Assembly: GCF_000020025.1 (NCBI RefSeq) | Contig: NC_010631.1 | Location: 240,001 to 272,000, forward strand | From: Nostoc punctiforme PCC 73102 | Lineage (GTDB): Bacteria; Cyanobacteriota; Cyanobacteriia; Cyanobacteriales; Nostocaceae | Direction of reading: 5' to 3' | DNA: 32,000 bases | Shown here: positions 8,801 to 15,828 of the stretch, piece after piece | Position numbering within the stretch: the stretch's first letter is position 1 | Layout: every line of letters starts with the position of its first letter | Made by a program: the position numbers and the translations under genes | The notes under the pieces: model-generated | The model's input: the letters and a program-made list of their open reading frames with translations, nothing else | Database searches by the model: none | Told to the model about the DNA's origin: nothing

Positions 8801-10892
8801 TTATCCTAGAGTCGAAGCTCATTATGAAGAGCAGACTCGCCGCACTCATTACATGGTGCAATATGGAAAGCTAAAGTTAACAGAACAGCGTCAGCAATTC
8901 GTAAGTGATTACTTTGGCACAAATCAAAAAGAATTTATTTCAAAGTATCAAATTTCGGCACAAGAGATTACCAGACCAATTCTTCCAGAAGATTATAAGC
9001 AGATTGTAGAACCATTGAACTCTGCTCAAAAAGAAATTGTTATAGCTTCAGACCCAGCAATGGCAGTGATAGCAGGCCCTGGTTCTGGTAAAACAAGAAC
9101 TATTGTTCATCGAATTGCTTATCTTGTGAAGGTTAAGCGAGTTGAGCCAAAGCGTATTTTAGTTTTAGCTTACAACCGTAATGCAGTTAGAGAATTACGG
9201 CTGCGGTTGCGAAATATTCTTGGGGAACAATCATCTCAAATTCGAGTTTTTACATTCCACGGTTTAGCATTAGCACTGTTGGGACGAACCGTAGGTGAAT
9301 ATAGTAGAACTCAGGCAATAAATTTTGATCGGCTTTTAATTGAAGCTTGCGAACTACTTGCAAAAGGCGAAGAATTTGAAGATGTTGATGATGATATTCA
9401 AGCCCGACGAATTCAACTGTTAGGTAAGTTGGAGTATATCTTCGTTGATGAATATCAAGATGTCAGTGAAAAGGAATATCGTTTGATTAAATTAATTTCT
9501 GGTTTAAATGAATCTGAGGATAAAAAGAAGTCAGTACAAATTAATCTCTGCGTTATTGGAGATGATGACCAAAATATTTTTGAATTTAATGGTGCTAATA
9601 CGAAGTATATTCTTCAATTTAAAGATGAATACAACGCAAAAACATTATTGTTGACCGCGAATTACCGTTCTACAGAAAATATTATTGAAGTTGCTAATGA
9701 GTTAATTCAAAAAAATCCAGAAAGATGTAAACAAGCTCCAGAAGAACAAATTCATATTAACTATGAGAGGCAAGGAACCAAAGGGCAGCCTGTTGTAGCT
9801 TTGAAATTCAATAACGCATTCCAACAGGCAGGCTGGATTAAAGATAAAATCCAAACATGGCTTGACTCAGGTACTTCCCCAAATGAGATTGCTATTTTAG
9901 CACGCAACTGGGATGAACTTAATCTTATAAGATTGCTATTAGAAAAAGAAAATATTTCTACTTGTGCCTTGAAAAATAATACTATATCTTTAGTCAAAAA
10001 TCGTTCTACTCATCTGCTGATTAATGCTTTAAAGAAAGACTATAGCCTAGTTTTAAATCCTGAAGAATCAGTTCAGCAAAGATTTGAGGATTTTTTTGAA
10101 CGTACTGGTCGTAGCCTAACAGAGCCTACTGTTAGAACCTTAATCAATATTGCTATAGATTTAGATCGGGAGCGAGGGTATGGGTCTGAAAATCTTGCGC
10201 TGCCCATTAGTGTTGATGAAATATTAACTGCTATCTTTGAATTTAATGAAAATGGTGAATCTTTTTTAGAAAACAAGTCAGTTCTAGTTACTAGTTTTCA
10301 TGGCTCAAAAGGTTTAGAGTTCCGTAAAATCATACTATTAGGTAATGGATTTCTAGTTAATACTGGCACAATCAAATCAGAACGTCGGCTATTTTATGTT
10401 GCTATGACTCGTGCCAAAGAAGAATTAATTGTTTGTTCTACTCAAAGGAACAATTTTGTACAAGATGCTGGTTTAATTCCTCAAGTAACTCTTTATCCTC
10501 AGATTCGACTTCCTCAATTAGTTTATTACTTTGATTTCACTCCAGGTGATGTTAATTTAGGATCTCAGATTACTCAAAATAACCAACAAATTATTAAAAA
10601 CTTAATGGAGGGTAGTCCAATTGAGCTAAAAGCCAATTTTCCTGGAAATGGTTGGAGCATTTTTACACCCAATAATCAAAAAATCGGTTATTTATCTCAC
10701 AATGCAACAGAATTTTTAAGAAACAAAGGAATTCAAGCTGGTCAGTTTGAATTCCAAAGCCATGAGGTGACAGTTAAATATATCTACCATCACATTAAAA
10801 AAGATGAGATAACAGCAGAAGTTTTAGAGGATTGGTTTGTTGTTATTCCTCAAATACGAGTGTGCAGAAGCTTACCGAACCTGATTCTATAA
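5865..10892 (+). CDS. 1675-aa fusion protein: DEDD 3'-5' exonuclease-like module + RecQ-type SF2 helicase + UvrD/PcrA-type SF1 helicase + unassigned C-terminal domain
   Basis: Exonuclease motifs: D15-L-E17 (nt 5907-5915), CGHNFRRFDYPYL, NPLEDAQATRLL. RecQ motifs: FRPLQSEAV, PTGGGKSLCYQLPA (about 6741), DEAHCVSQWGHDFRPDY (7050), MTATAT, ATCAFGMGINRKDVR, QEAGRAGRDG. UvrD motifs: AGPGSGKTRT (9075), VDEYQDVS (9444), IGDDDQNIFEFNGA, LTANYRST, FHGSKGLEF, FYVAMTRAKEEL. It is one uninterrupted ORF. Confidence 0.9.
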   Translation: MQDLSNIDLFYAYLDLEINSENNIYRIGLVSLNLTKDFYQENLNQAYEEIRKLKNSNLAVCGHNFRRFDYPYLIEQEQQLSSWHIIDTLELSILAFPLQHSHKLNKYYKQSEYSSNNPLEDAQATRLLLGQQLEALFKKPDEVQQIYIWLLTCGCDDADLAYQQFFSDHLGLKIEQPAIEMLPETMLKRINQSYLQQLWSSPQTYDFEIRLCVAGLLAWNYECNTNESKQVFCDWLRHLNGFQAVLENLRPLSTDEFAISSYLEYFEIPSFRPLQSEAVQAIINNDRPLVLMPTGGGKSLCYQLPAFMFHERHKALTIVISPLQALMADQVADLEQAGFFFSTFINGNLSAAERRQRLEELRFGSKGLLYISPEQLRSMSIRALLEQRPPVLWVIDEAHCVSQWGHDFRPDYRYIPKFIQELYQERQLAMPLLALMTATATVKVVEDIKKLFAQYQLNINRTIDGAITRENLTFQVIPVAGNKEQVLLEQVKEAIKLGGSTLVYTTTRKNAEKLAELLNQSHIKAKYYHGKLAKEKKQEVLQEFKSGKLNVITATCAFGMGINRKDVRAVIHHSMSANLEGYVQEAGRAGRDGEPAVCTLLFDPKDADTVFRLQSLNQLSEQDLKNVLISTRHIRDRTFGSARDDWFWVTTNEIFQEGDFDEELGEDSEQQNTKIKVGLHYLENFGLLERAENFSSFIQFELSHNTFAESMEQFEKYNQIKSLSRFEADNFERLIQAMHVAKAYCSTNDEPFPLDRLSDEAGISLHDLTARIRELQRAEVCSFEIPITLVITKGVRGDARKNHERIRQLEDQLLNALNELFGNENEIQINLRGLASRLDPDNSKKIRASNIIDILEGWVAQKWVKLNRIAHDVVRLRDIKVAEHLPEHKILTATVLEVLYQALADTTGARLPLKYELGRLATEVTQQTKLDWDKEELEVILLWLHQRKIIRLSDGLNLFQQSLKVRVIKNANISTVTRRYPRVEAHYEEQTRRTHYMVQYGKLKLTEQRQQFVSDYFGTNQKEFISKYQISAQEITRPILPEDYKQIVEPLNSAQKEIVIASDPAMAVIAGPGSGKTRTIVHRIAYLVKVKRVEPKRILVLAYNRNAVRELRLRLRNILGEQSSQIRVFTFHGLALALLGRTVGEYSRTQAINFDRLLIEACELLAKGEEFEDVDDDIQARRIQLLGKLEYIFVDEYQDVSEKEYRLIKLISGLNESEDKKKSVQINLCVIGDDDQNIFEFNGANTKYILQFKDEYNAKTLLLTANYRSTENIIEVANELIQKNPERCKQAPEEQIHINYERQGTKGQPVVALKFNNAFQQAGWIKDKIQTWLDSGTSPNEIAILARNWDELNLIRLLLEKENISTCALKNNTISLVKNRSTHLLINALKKDYSLVLNPEESVQQRFEDFFERTGRSLTEPTVRTLINIAIDLDRERGYGSENLALPISVDEILTAIFEFNENGESFLENKSVLVTSFHGSKGLEFRKIILLGNGFLVNTGTIKSERRLFYVAMTRAKEELIVCSTQRNNFVQDAGLIPQVTLYPQIRLPQLVYYFDFTPGDVNLGSQITQNNQQIIKNLMEGSPIELKANFPGNGWSIFTPNNQKIGYLSHNATEFLRNKGIQAGQFEFQSHEVTVKYIYHHIKKDEITAEVLEDWFVVIPQIRVCRSLPNLIL

Positions 10893-11135
10893 AATTTCAT
10901 CAGGAGATGCAAAGTTTATGGATATATTAACTTTCTGCCTTTTGTCCATGATATTCGGCGGTATGTTCGTATACCTCCTCTGGGAACTGTAAGTCCTTGT
11001 AAACGTTACGTTACAGGCATCTGGATTATTAGGATTTGGGCATATAGGAAATTCTTGCTGAGACTGCCATTGAAGAACACTCTCACGCCAAGGCTGGTTA
11101 TAATCTTTACCTTGCACAAAAAAAGTTACACCCAA
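10887..11135 (-). CDS. hypothetical protein (82 aa, TTG start), possibly a gene fragment
   Basis: Open frame only, with no ATG and no recognisable motif. Its 3' end overlaps the helicase stop by 6 nt. Confidence 0.25.
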   Translation of the reverse strand: MGVTFFVQGKDYNQPWRESVLQWQSQQEFPICPNPNNPDACNVTFTRTYSSQRRYTNIPPNIMDKRQKVNISINFASPDEIL

Positions 11136-11200
11136 AGCAAAGATAACAGAACTATTTCCAGGTTTTTCTGTAGTTTAACCTCTGCAATGACGGGGAGTAA

Positions 11201-11524
11201 TCACAAGGCATCAGTGCGATATATGGATTCAATCAACTCCTCAACTTCTTCTTCATTCAAGCATTGTTTGATTTGAGTATTGAACCACTTTATCTCTTCG
11301 GCTTCTGTGTTTTGGACTTGGTAAACCAGTAATGTTCCTGCAACACGGGCAAAAGTAAGGGGTGATGGGGACAGGTGGCTGAGTAGCTCGGATGCATTCT
11401 GGTATATATGCATGGCTGATGCTTCATCCAGAGGAGATCCTAATTGAGCGGAAAGCTGTTTTAGGCTCTCTTGAATAGACAAATGAAAGTCTGGCTCTTC
11501 CTCATGTGAAATGGGGTTACTCAT
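11201..11524 (-). CDS. acidic hypothetical protein (107 aa)
   Basis: ATG-initiated ORF with helical, acidic composition. Its start overlaps the stop of an upstream 32-codon ORF in an ATGA arrangement. Confidence 0.5.
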   Translation of the reverse strand: MSNPISHEEEPDFHLSIQESLKQLSAQLGSPLDEASAMHIYQNASELLSHLSPSPLTFARVAGTLLVYQVQNTEAEEIKWFNTQIKQCLNEEEVEELIESIYRTDAL

Positions 11525-11619
11525 AAACGCTGACCAATTAATGCAATAACTTGACGGTCTAGCTGGACTATTTCGGCTCGAATGTCTACCATATTCTCAC
11601 ATTCATTGGTTATCTTCAT
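11521..11619 (-). CDS. 32-codon ORF resembling helix 1 of AroQ chorismate mutases
   Basis: The product MKITNECENMVDIRAEIVQLDRQVIALIGQRL* matches the ..IR..I..LD..ll.Ll..R.. pattern of chorismate mutase type II N-termini. No remainder of the fold follows. Confidence 0.2.
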   Translation of the reverse strand: MKITNECENMVDIRAEIVQLDRQVIALIGQRL

Positions 11620-11667
11620 CGGCTAAAAAGCATAACTGACGAGATTAACTTTCAATCTTACAGGTAT

Positions 11668-11813
11668 TGGTTGCCATTTGTTTGGCGGACTGTGATGCTG
11701 TCCCCATCTGCCACTTGAGTAGCTATCCATTCTTCAGTAAGTGCGATGGATGGCTGGTTAGTTCTTTGGAAAATCAAGATAGCGCTGATGATAGTCCAGC
11801 GATCGCAGTTAAC
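11668..11813 (-). pseudogene. duplicated 5' fragment of the adjacent SNase gene (no start codon, frame broken)
   Basis: About 146 bp are nearly identical to 12232-12378 (codons ~11-59 of the nuclease). Small indels occur near 11780-11800 and the first 10 codons are missing. Confidence 0.75.
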
Positions 11814-11877
11814 TCGAAACCACCCTGCTTGAAATCTGCAACAAATTTTAACCGAAGTGCTGATTCTACCTTCAAAG

Positions 11878-12408
11878 CTACTTTCGTTTGTCTTGACTCC
11901 ACACTCCAGTCTTAGAAGCGATCGCTAATCTCTGGGCATTCTCGAAAGCTATTTGATTTGGGCATTCCACCCCACCAAGCCGCGTTTTAGCCAAGCCGCT
12001 TTTAAGCAGTTCTTCTTGAAAGCTAATCTCAGTATCGCTCTCTCCACGAGCCATCACTTCAGCAACAGTGCGCCCATCGCTATCTTTTGCCACTGGAATG
12101 ATCATCAGTTGGTTATTGGCAGCAGCGGCTAGCTTAAGCAACTTCTGTTTTGCTTTATTGCTCAATGCTTGTGCTGGCACTTCACCTTGTTTCATTTCTG
12201 GGGCATCAATTCCACAAAGCTCAACTGACATTTGGCTGCCATCGGTTTGGCGGACTGTGATGCTGTCCCCATCTGCCACTTGAGTAGCTATCCATTCTTC
12301 AGTAAGTGCGATGGATGGCTGGTTAGTTCTTTGGAAAATCGAGATAGCGATGATGGTAGCTCCAGCGATCGCAGTTAAGATTACGAGAGTTTTCCACAAT
12401 GGCTTCAT
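11878..12408 (-). CDS. staphylococcal-nuclease (thermonuclease, SNase) family protein with N-terminal signal/anchor
   Basis: N-terminal MKPLWKTLVILTAIAGATIIAISIF, then SNase landmarks DGDSITV, CGIDAPE, DSDGRTVAEV, ELLKSGLA and FENAQRLA..KTGVW. Confidence 0.85.
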   Translation of the reverse strand: MKPLWKTLVILTAIAGATIIAISIFQRTNQPSIALTEEWIATQVADGDSITVRQTDGSQMSVELCGIDAPEMKQGEVPAQALSNKAKQKLLKLAAAANNQLMIIPVAKDSDGRTVAEVMARGESDTEISFQEELLKSGLAKTRLGGVECPNQIAFENAQRLAIASKTGVWSQDKRK

Positions 12409-12769
12409 GTTGCGACATCTGTTGTTGGAATTTAGGAAACCACAATCCTAACTGCACGGAACATTCATCATTAGCAATTGTTTTCTCAAGTTATCTAAAC
12501 AGAGTCCAATACTGGTTCTCCTTAAGACTAGAGCAGTGCGTAGCTTACCGCCGTAGGCATCGCTGTTATTCAGCCAACTCCAGGGTAACGGTAGTAATGC
12601 AACGAGAGTATTAAATTGCAGATGTTACAGATAGCGATGTCTACTTTTTGGGGCTGTGACGCTCCTGCGTCGCTCTAAGTGAAGCTATGCCGCAGGCTTT
12701 ACGCTACGCTATCCGTGTCGCTGACACTACTAAGAAAGTGCGTTAGCGTAGCTTACCGTGGGTATCACT

Positions 12770-13216
12770 TTAGCGTTTTTGGCAATTTAGAGCGGTAGGG
12801 GCAGAAGCTTTACGCTGGGTATACTTAACTTCCCATCCAGGTAAATTCCACCAGACAACACGCTTTTTTGGCTCTAACCAAAAGTCTAATTGTTTGATTA
12901 AGCCATTCTCAAAAACTAGTTTCGGGAAGGTAGGATAGTCACGATCATCACTCTCGCTATAGTTACGTCCAAGATAGTTAAAACAAGCCTTTAATCCTTG
13001 AGCAACTCCCAACTCTTCAACTCCAATGCCTTTTAAGGTCGAATTATCGTAGCTAAAGCTGCCATTGAACGATTTGCCTGCTAAGGAGCCTTTAGTGACA
13101 TTAATTGTAAAGTCATAGCTAACAGTAGAGTTTTGGGCAAGACTTGTTGCAATTACGCCACTGCTTATAGCAGCAGATGCAATCCCAATTGCAAATTTAG
13201 GCAATAGTTTGAGCAT
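12770..13216 (-). CDS. secreted hypothetical protein sharing the N-terminal module of the PEP-CTERM protein at 20665
   Basis: Signal peptide MLKLLPKFAIGIASAAISSGVIATSLAQ. It shares the YDF..(8)..G.L.G..F.G.FSYDNS...GIG.E motif with ORF 20665..21183 but has no PEP-CTERM tail. Confidence 0.65.
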   Translation of the reverse strand: MLKLLPKFAIGIASAAISSGVIATSLAQNSTVSYDFTINVTKGSLAGKSFNGSFSYDNSTLKGIGVEELGVAQGLKACFNYLGRNYSESDDRDYPTFPKLVFENGLIKQLDFWLEPKKRVVWWNLPGWEVKYTQRKASAPTALNCQKR

Positions 13217-13259
13217 GGTAGTATTGATGTTTGAAGTTTAGTGCTTTCGGATAATTTGT

Positions 13260-13294
13260 GCGTAGACGTGCAACGGCTTGTCGATAGACATCGC
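13260..13294. repeat. 35-bp short dispersed repeat, copy A
   Basis: gcgtagacgtgcaacggcttgtcgatagacatcgc is 33/35 identical to 30826-30860. Related shorter pieces (gcgatgtctac...) occur at about 12643 and 21572. Confidence 0.8.
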
Positions 13295-13695
13295 CTATTG
13301 GAGAGATGGTCATTACCTAACTTATGCTTGGCAATGATAAAAAGCATATCATCTACTTTGATTTTGTCTAAAGGGTAGCGCAGGCAATGTTACGTGAGTC
13401 GATTGAAAGTTTGGAGTTTTTTATTCCAGATTCCGCATCGGCTTCAGTTGGAGCTACTCTGAAGAAACTTTAGGGCATCACCGCTCATCAGCAGTCCCTC
13501 TGTTCTGCGTACTGGCGTGGGTTTCACTTCTGGAAATAAGTTTAGCTGGTTCGGTTCCAAGGGTATTACGGGGAGCCTGCTACTAGCTGATTATCGCCCA
13601 GAACTGACAATTAAGAGCATTTGCCTTTGGTGTCGCCAGAATAAGGAAAATGGTAGAGTATATAGCGATCGCTACGCTAAAAATGTTTTTAAGAT

Positions 13696-14298
13696 ATGGC
13701 TGACCAAAAAGAAACAATAAAACCTTTTAAAAAAATCGCCATATTTGATATTTTCTCAGGAGAGAATTCCGAAATAATTTGTTCTGACAAATCAAAAATT
13801 GCTGCTCAAGTTAATAAATGGGTAAACAGAGCTATCAGCAACGGTGCAGATTCGTGTTATGTAAGATTATATGAGGCAAATAAAGAAAATATAGATACAA
13901 TTATTGAGAATTTATCCTACAAAATATTGCAAATTATTTTACCATTTTCTCTAAATTATAAATCTTCTTTAGTTAGTGCTTTTCATTTTAGAGAAAAAGA
14001 CCAAATTAAAATGCCAGAGGCAAAAAGCAATAATGTACTGTTTGGAAAATCATGTCACTCATTAAAATCTATAGAAGAGGCAGAGTATGAGGGATTAGAC
14101 TATGTATTTTTTTCACCAATTTTTGCAACCCCAACTCATCCAGAAGCAAAAGGTATTGGTCTAGATATGCTCACTCAAGCTTGCAAATCAACACAAATGA
14201 AAGTCTTTGCTCTTGGGGGAATTAACGAAAACAATTATCAAAAATGTCTTGATGCTGGTGCGTCTGGTATTGCAGCGATTAGTATGTTTAAAAAATAA
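13696..14298 (+). CDS. thiamine-phosphate synthase (ThiE/TenI)-family protein, AT-rich
   Basis: The C-terminal half GKSCHSLKSIEEAEYEGLDYVFFSPIFATPTHPEAKGIGLDML...VFALGGINENN...AGASGIAAISMF follows the TMP-TENI TIM-barrel pattern. The N-terminal half is weakly similar. Confidence 0.55.
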   Translation: MADQKETIKPFKKIAIFDIFSGENSEIICSDKSKIAAQVNKWVNRAISNGADSCYVRLYEANKENIDTIIENLSYKILQIILPFSLNYKSSLVSAFHFREKDQIKMPEAKSNNVLFGKSCHSLKSIEEAEYEGLDYVFFSPIFATPTHPEAKGIGLDMLTQACKSTQMKVFALGGINENNYQKCLDAGASGIAAISMFKK

Positions 14299-14494
14299 AA
14301 TATTTTTTCCATCCGAATTTTATTAGGCATACTAATTGCTGAGATTTGGTAATAATCTGTTGTGTTCAGCTTGCCAAGGACACTAACGACAGACTCGACA
14401 ATATTTTAGCTGAGTTAGATGATGAAACTTAATTAAAGAAGAAAACAGATGCACTAGAATTTAGGAGCGGAGCCGGAGACGTTTCCGTTGCTCC

Positions 14495-14526
14495 GGTCAG
14501 AATCCCTCTCGTGAGGGATTCTGACC
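14495..14526. repeat. perfect hairpin (14-bp stem, 4-nt loop) inside an about 105-bp IR-bounded element
   Basis: ggtcagaatccctc-tcgt-gagggattctgacc. It is preceded by a second stem, ccggag(14473)...ctccgg(14491). The whole is bounded by ctagaattt (14454-14462) and aaattctag (14550-14558). Confidence 0.8.
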
Positions 14527-14704
14527 CGTCACTCATTGTAGATCGCCAAAAATTCTAGTTTTGTGGGGGTCTTAAACCCATTTATTCAGACGCTCCAGGA
14601 TGAGCTAACGCTGCGCTATTCCCTATGAAGTTCAGAATACCCAACTGAATTCTGGCTCATGGCTCCTGAATTCTGTTTGATAAAACTTAATTGTGTAGTT
14701 TACT

Positions 14705-15703
14705 TTACCTCTGTCCCAACAATTGGTTTAGCACATCGGCTAGGCGATAGCCTGCCAAGCTCATTCGACGTTGGGCAATTTGTTTAGCTGTAGCAGCATA
14801 ATTTGCTGGTAAGAGTTTCCCATCATTCTTATCACTACTACCAGAAAGTTTTCCATTTAGATATGCGTCTTGTTTTGCTATTCTAAAGCTTTCCAACTTC
14901 GCCCAGTTATTAAATTTAGTTTCTCTTAATTCAGGTAATTTATTACGTTGGTAAGATGATCTAAGGCTAGTAGCAGCGTTACGAACTGCTTGAAACCTTT
15001 CGCTGCCAAGAATTAGGTCATCCCAGAATTTATGCAAACTAATCGTTTGGCTATTTGGTTTAACTCTAATGTAAAAACGTGTACCGCCTCGATCGCCTTC
15101 TGGTTGTGGGTACTGGTTAGTTATTAGTTTGGTAGTATGCAATGGCTGATGTACATCCCCTATTAAATGGAACAGCCAACATATTGCAACTGCTTTGTCA
15201 CTGTTACTGGCATTGCTTTTAACAACATCAAGGTTTTTTTGGAAAGCAAATATAATATTTTCTTCATCAGGGATTTCACGGGGAATCGAGTTTGAAGCTC
15301 TACCGGGTTGATAAGGAAAGTTAATGTAATGCCAAGTTGGATGATTAAATTCTGGGTTATCACGAGCTTCATCTGCCCATTTTGCTGCCCACATAAACAA
15401 GTACAAGTTTTTATCTTCAGGAGATATATTAGATTGATTAAGAGAGTTCCACTGTTGTTCAAACTTGGAATATTCGGGATGTTCTTTTAAAATAGCCACA
15501 ACTTTATCAAGGTTTTGCTGATTACTTTGCTTAAGTTCACTGTAAGCGATCGCTCCTGAAACCATGTGTCCAGACTTATTCCAAGCAAAAGCTGGGTGCT
15601 GCCAAATCAGGATTGTTGAGAATATTGTCAATAAAGAAAACTTAAGGGAATTTTTTGTTATGAAATAGATTTTTTGAATTGAAAGTCTCTTATTCATAAT
15701 CAT
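14705..15703 (-). CDS. S1/P1-family zinc nuclease, secreted
   Basis: The signal peptide ends ..HPAFA, and cleavage would expose W-NKSGH, the N-terminal Trp that ligands Zn in P1/S1. Also WAAKWADEAR, WHYINFPY, HLIGDVHQPLHT, GGTRF and LHKFWDD. Confidence 0.85.
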   Translation of the reverse strand: MIMNKRLSIQKIYFITKNSLKFSLLTIFSTILIWQHPAFAWNKSGHMVSGAIAYSELKQSNQQNLDKVVAILKEHPEYSKFEQQWNSLNQSNISPEDKNLYLFMWAAKWADEARDNPEFNHPTWHYINFPYQPGRASNSIPREIPDEENIIFAFQKNLDVVKSNASNSDKAVAICWLFHLIGDVHQPLHTTKLITNQYPQPEGDRGGTRFYIRVKPNSQTISLHKFWDDLILGSERFQAVRNAATSLRSSYQRNKLPELRETKFNNWAKLESFRIAKQDAYLNGKLSGSSDKNDGKLLPANYAATAKQIAQRRMSLAGYRLADVLNQLLGQR

Positions 15704-15828
15704 CTCGCTAATAATTGAGTATTAACACAAATCTTAACTTTATAATCGCACGAATCACCTGAGTCATTACCAATTCTTAAATATTGGCTTTTATACTGAA
15801 TCTTGTTGATGAGCAAAGGTAAAACTGA

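Noticed and set aside
13540-13695. Possible TPP (THI-box) riboswitch upstream of the ThiE-like gene (acGGGGaGCC...GCTGAttat..CCC..gaACTGA...GCCAGaaTAaGGAAA).
   Set aside because: The invariant CUGAGA and ACCUGAUCUGGAUAAUGCCAGCG cores are not present and the P2/P3 pairings are weak. The resemblance is too loose to call without a covariance-model search (Rfam RF00059).
13517-13720. 67-aa plus-strand ORF just upstream of and overlapping the ThiE-like gene.
   Set aside because: It has a GTG start, no motif and odd composition, and it overlaps the better-supported ATG 13696. It is probably a chance ORF.
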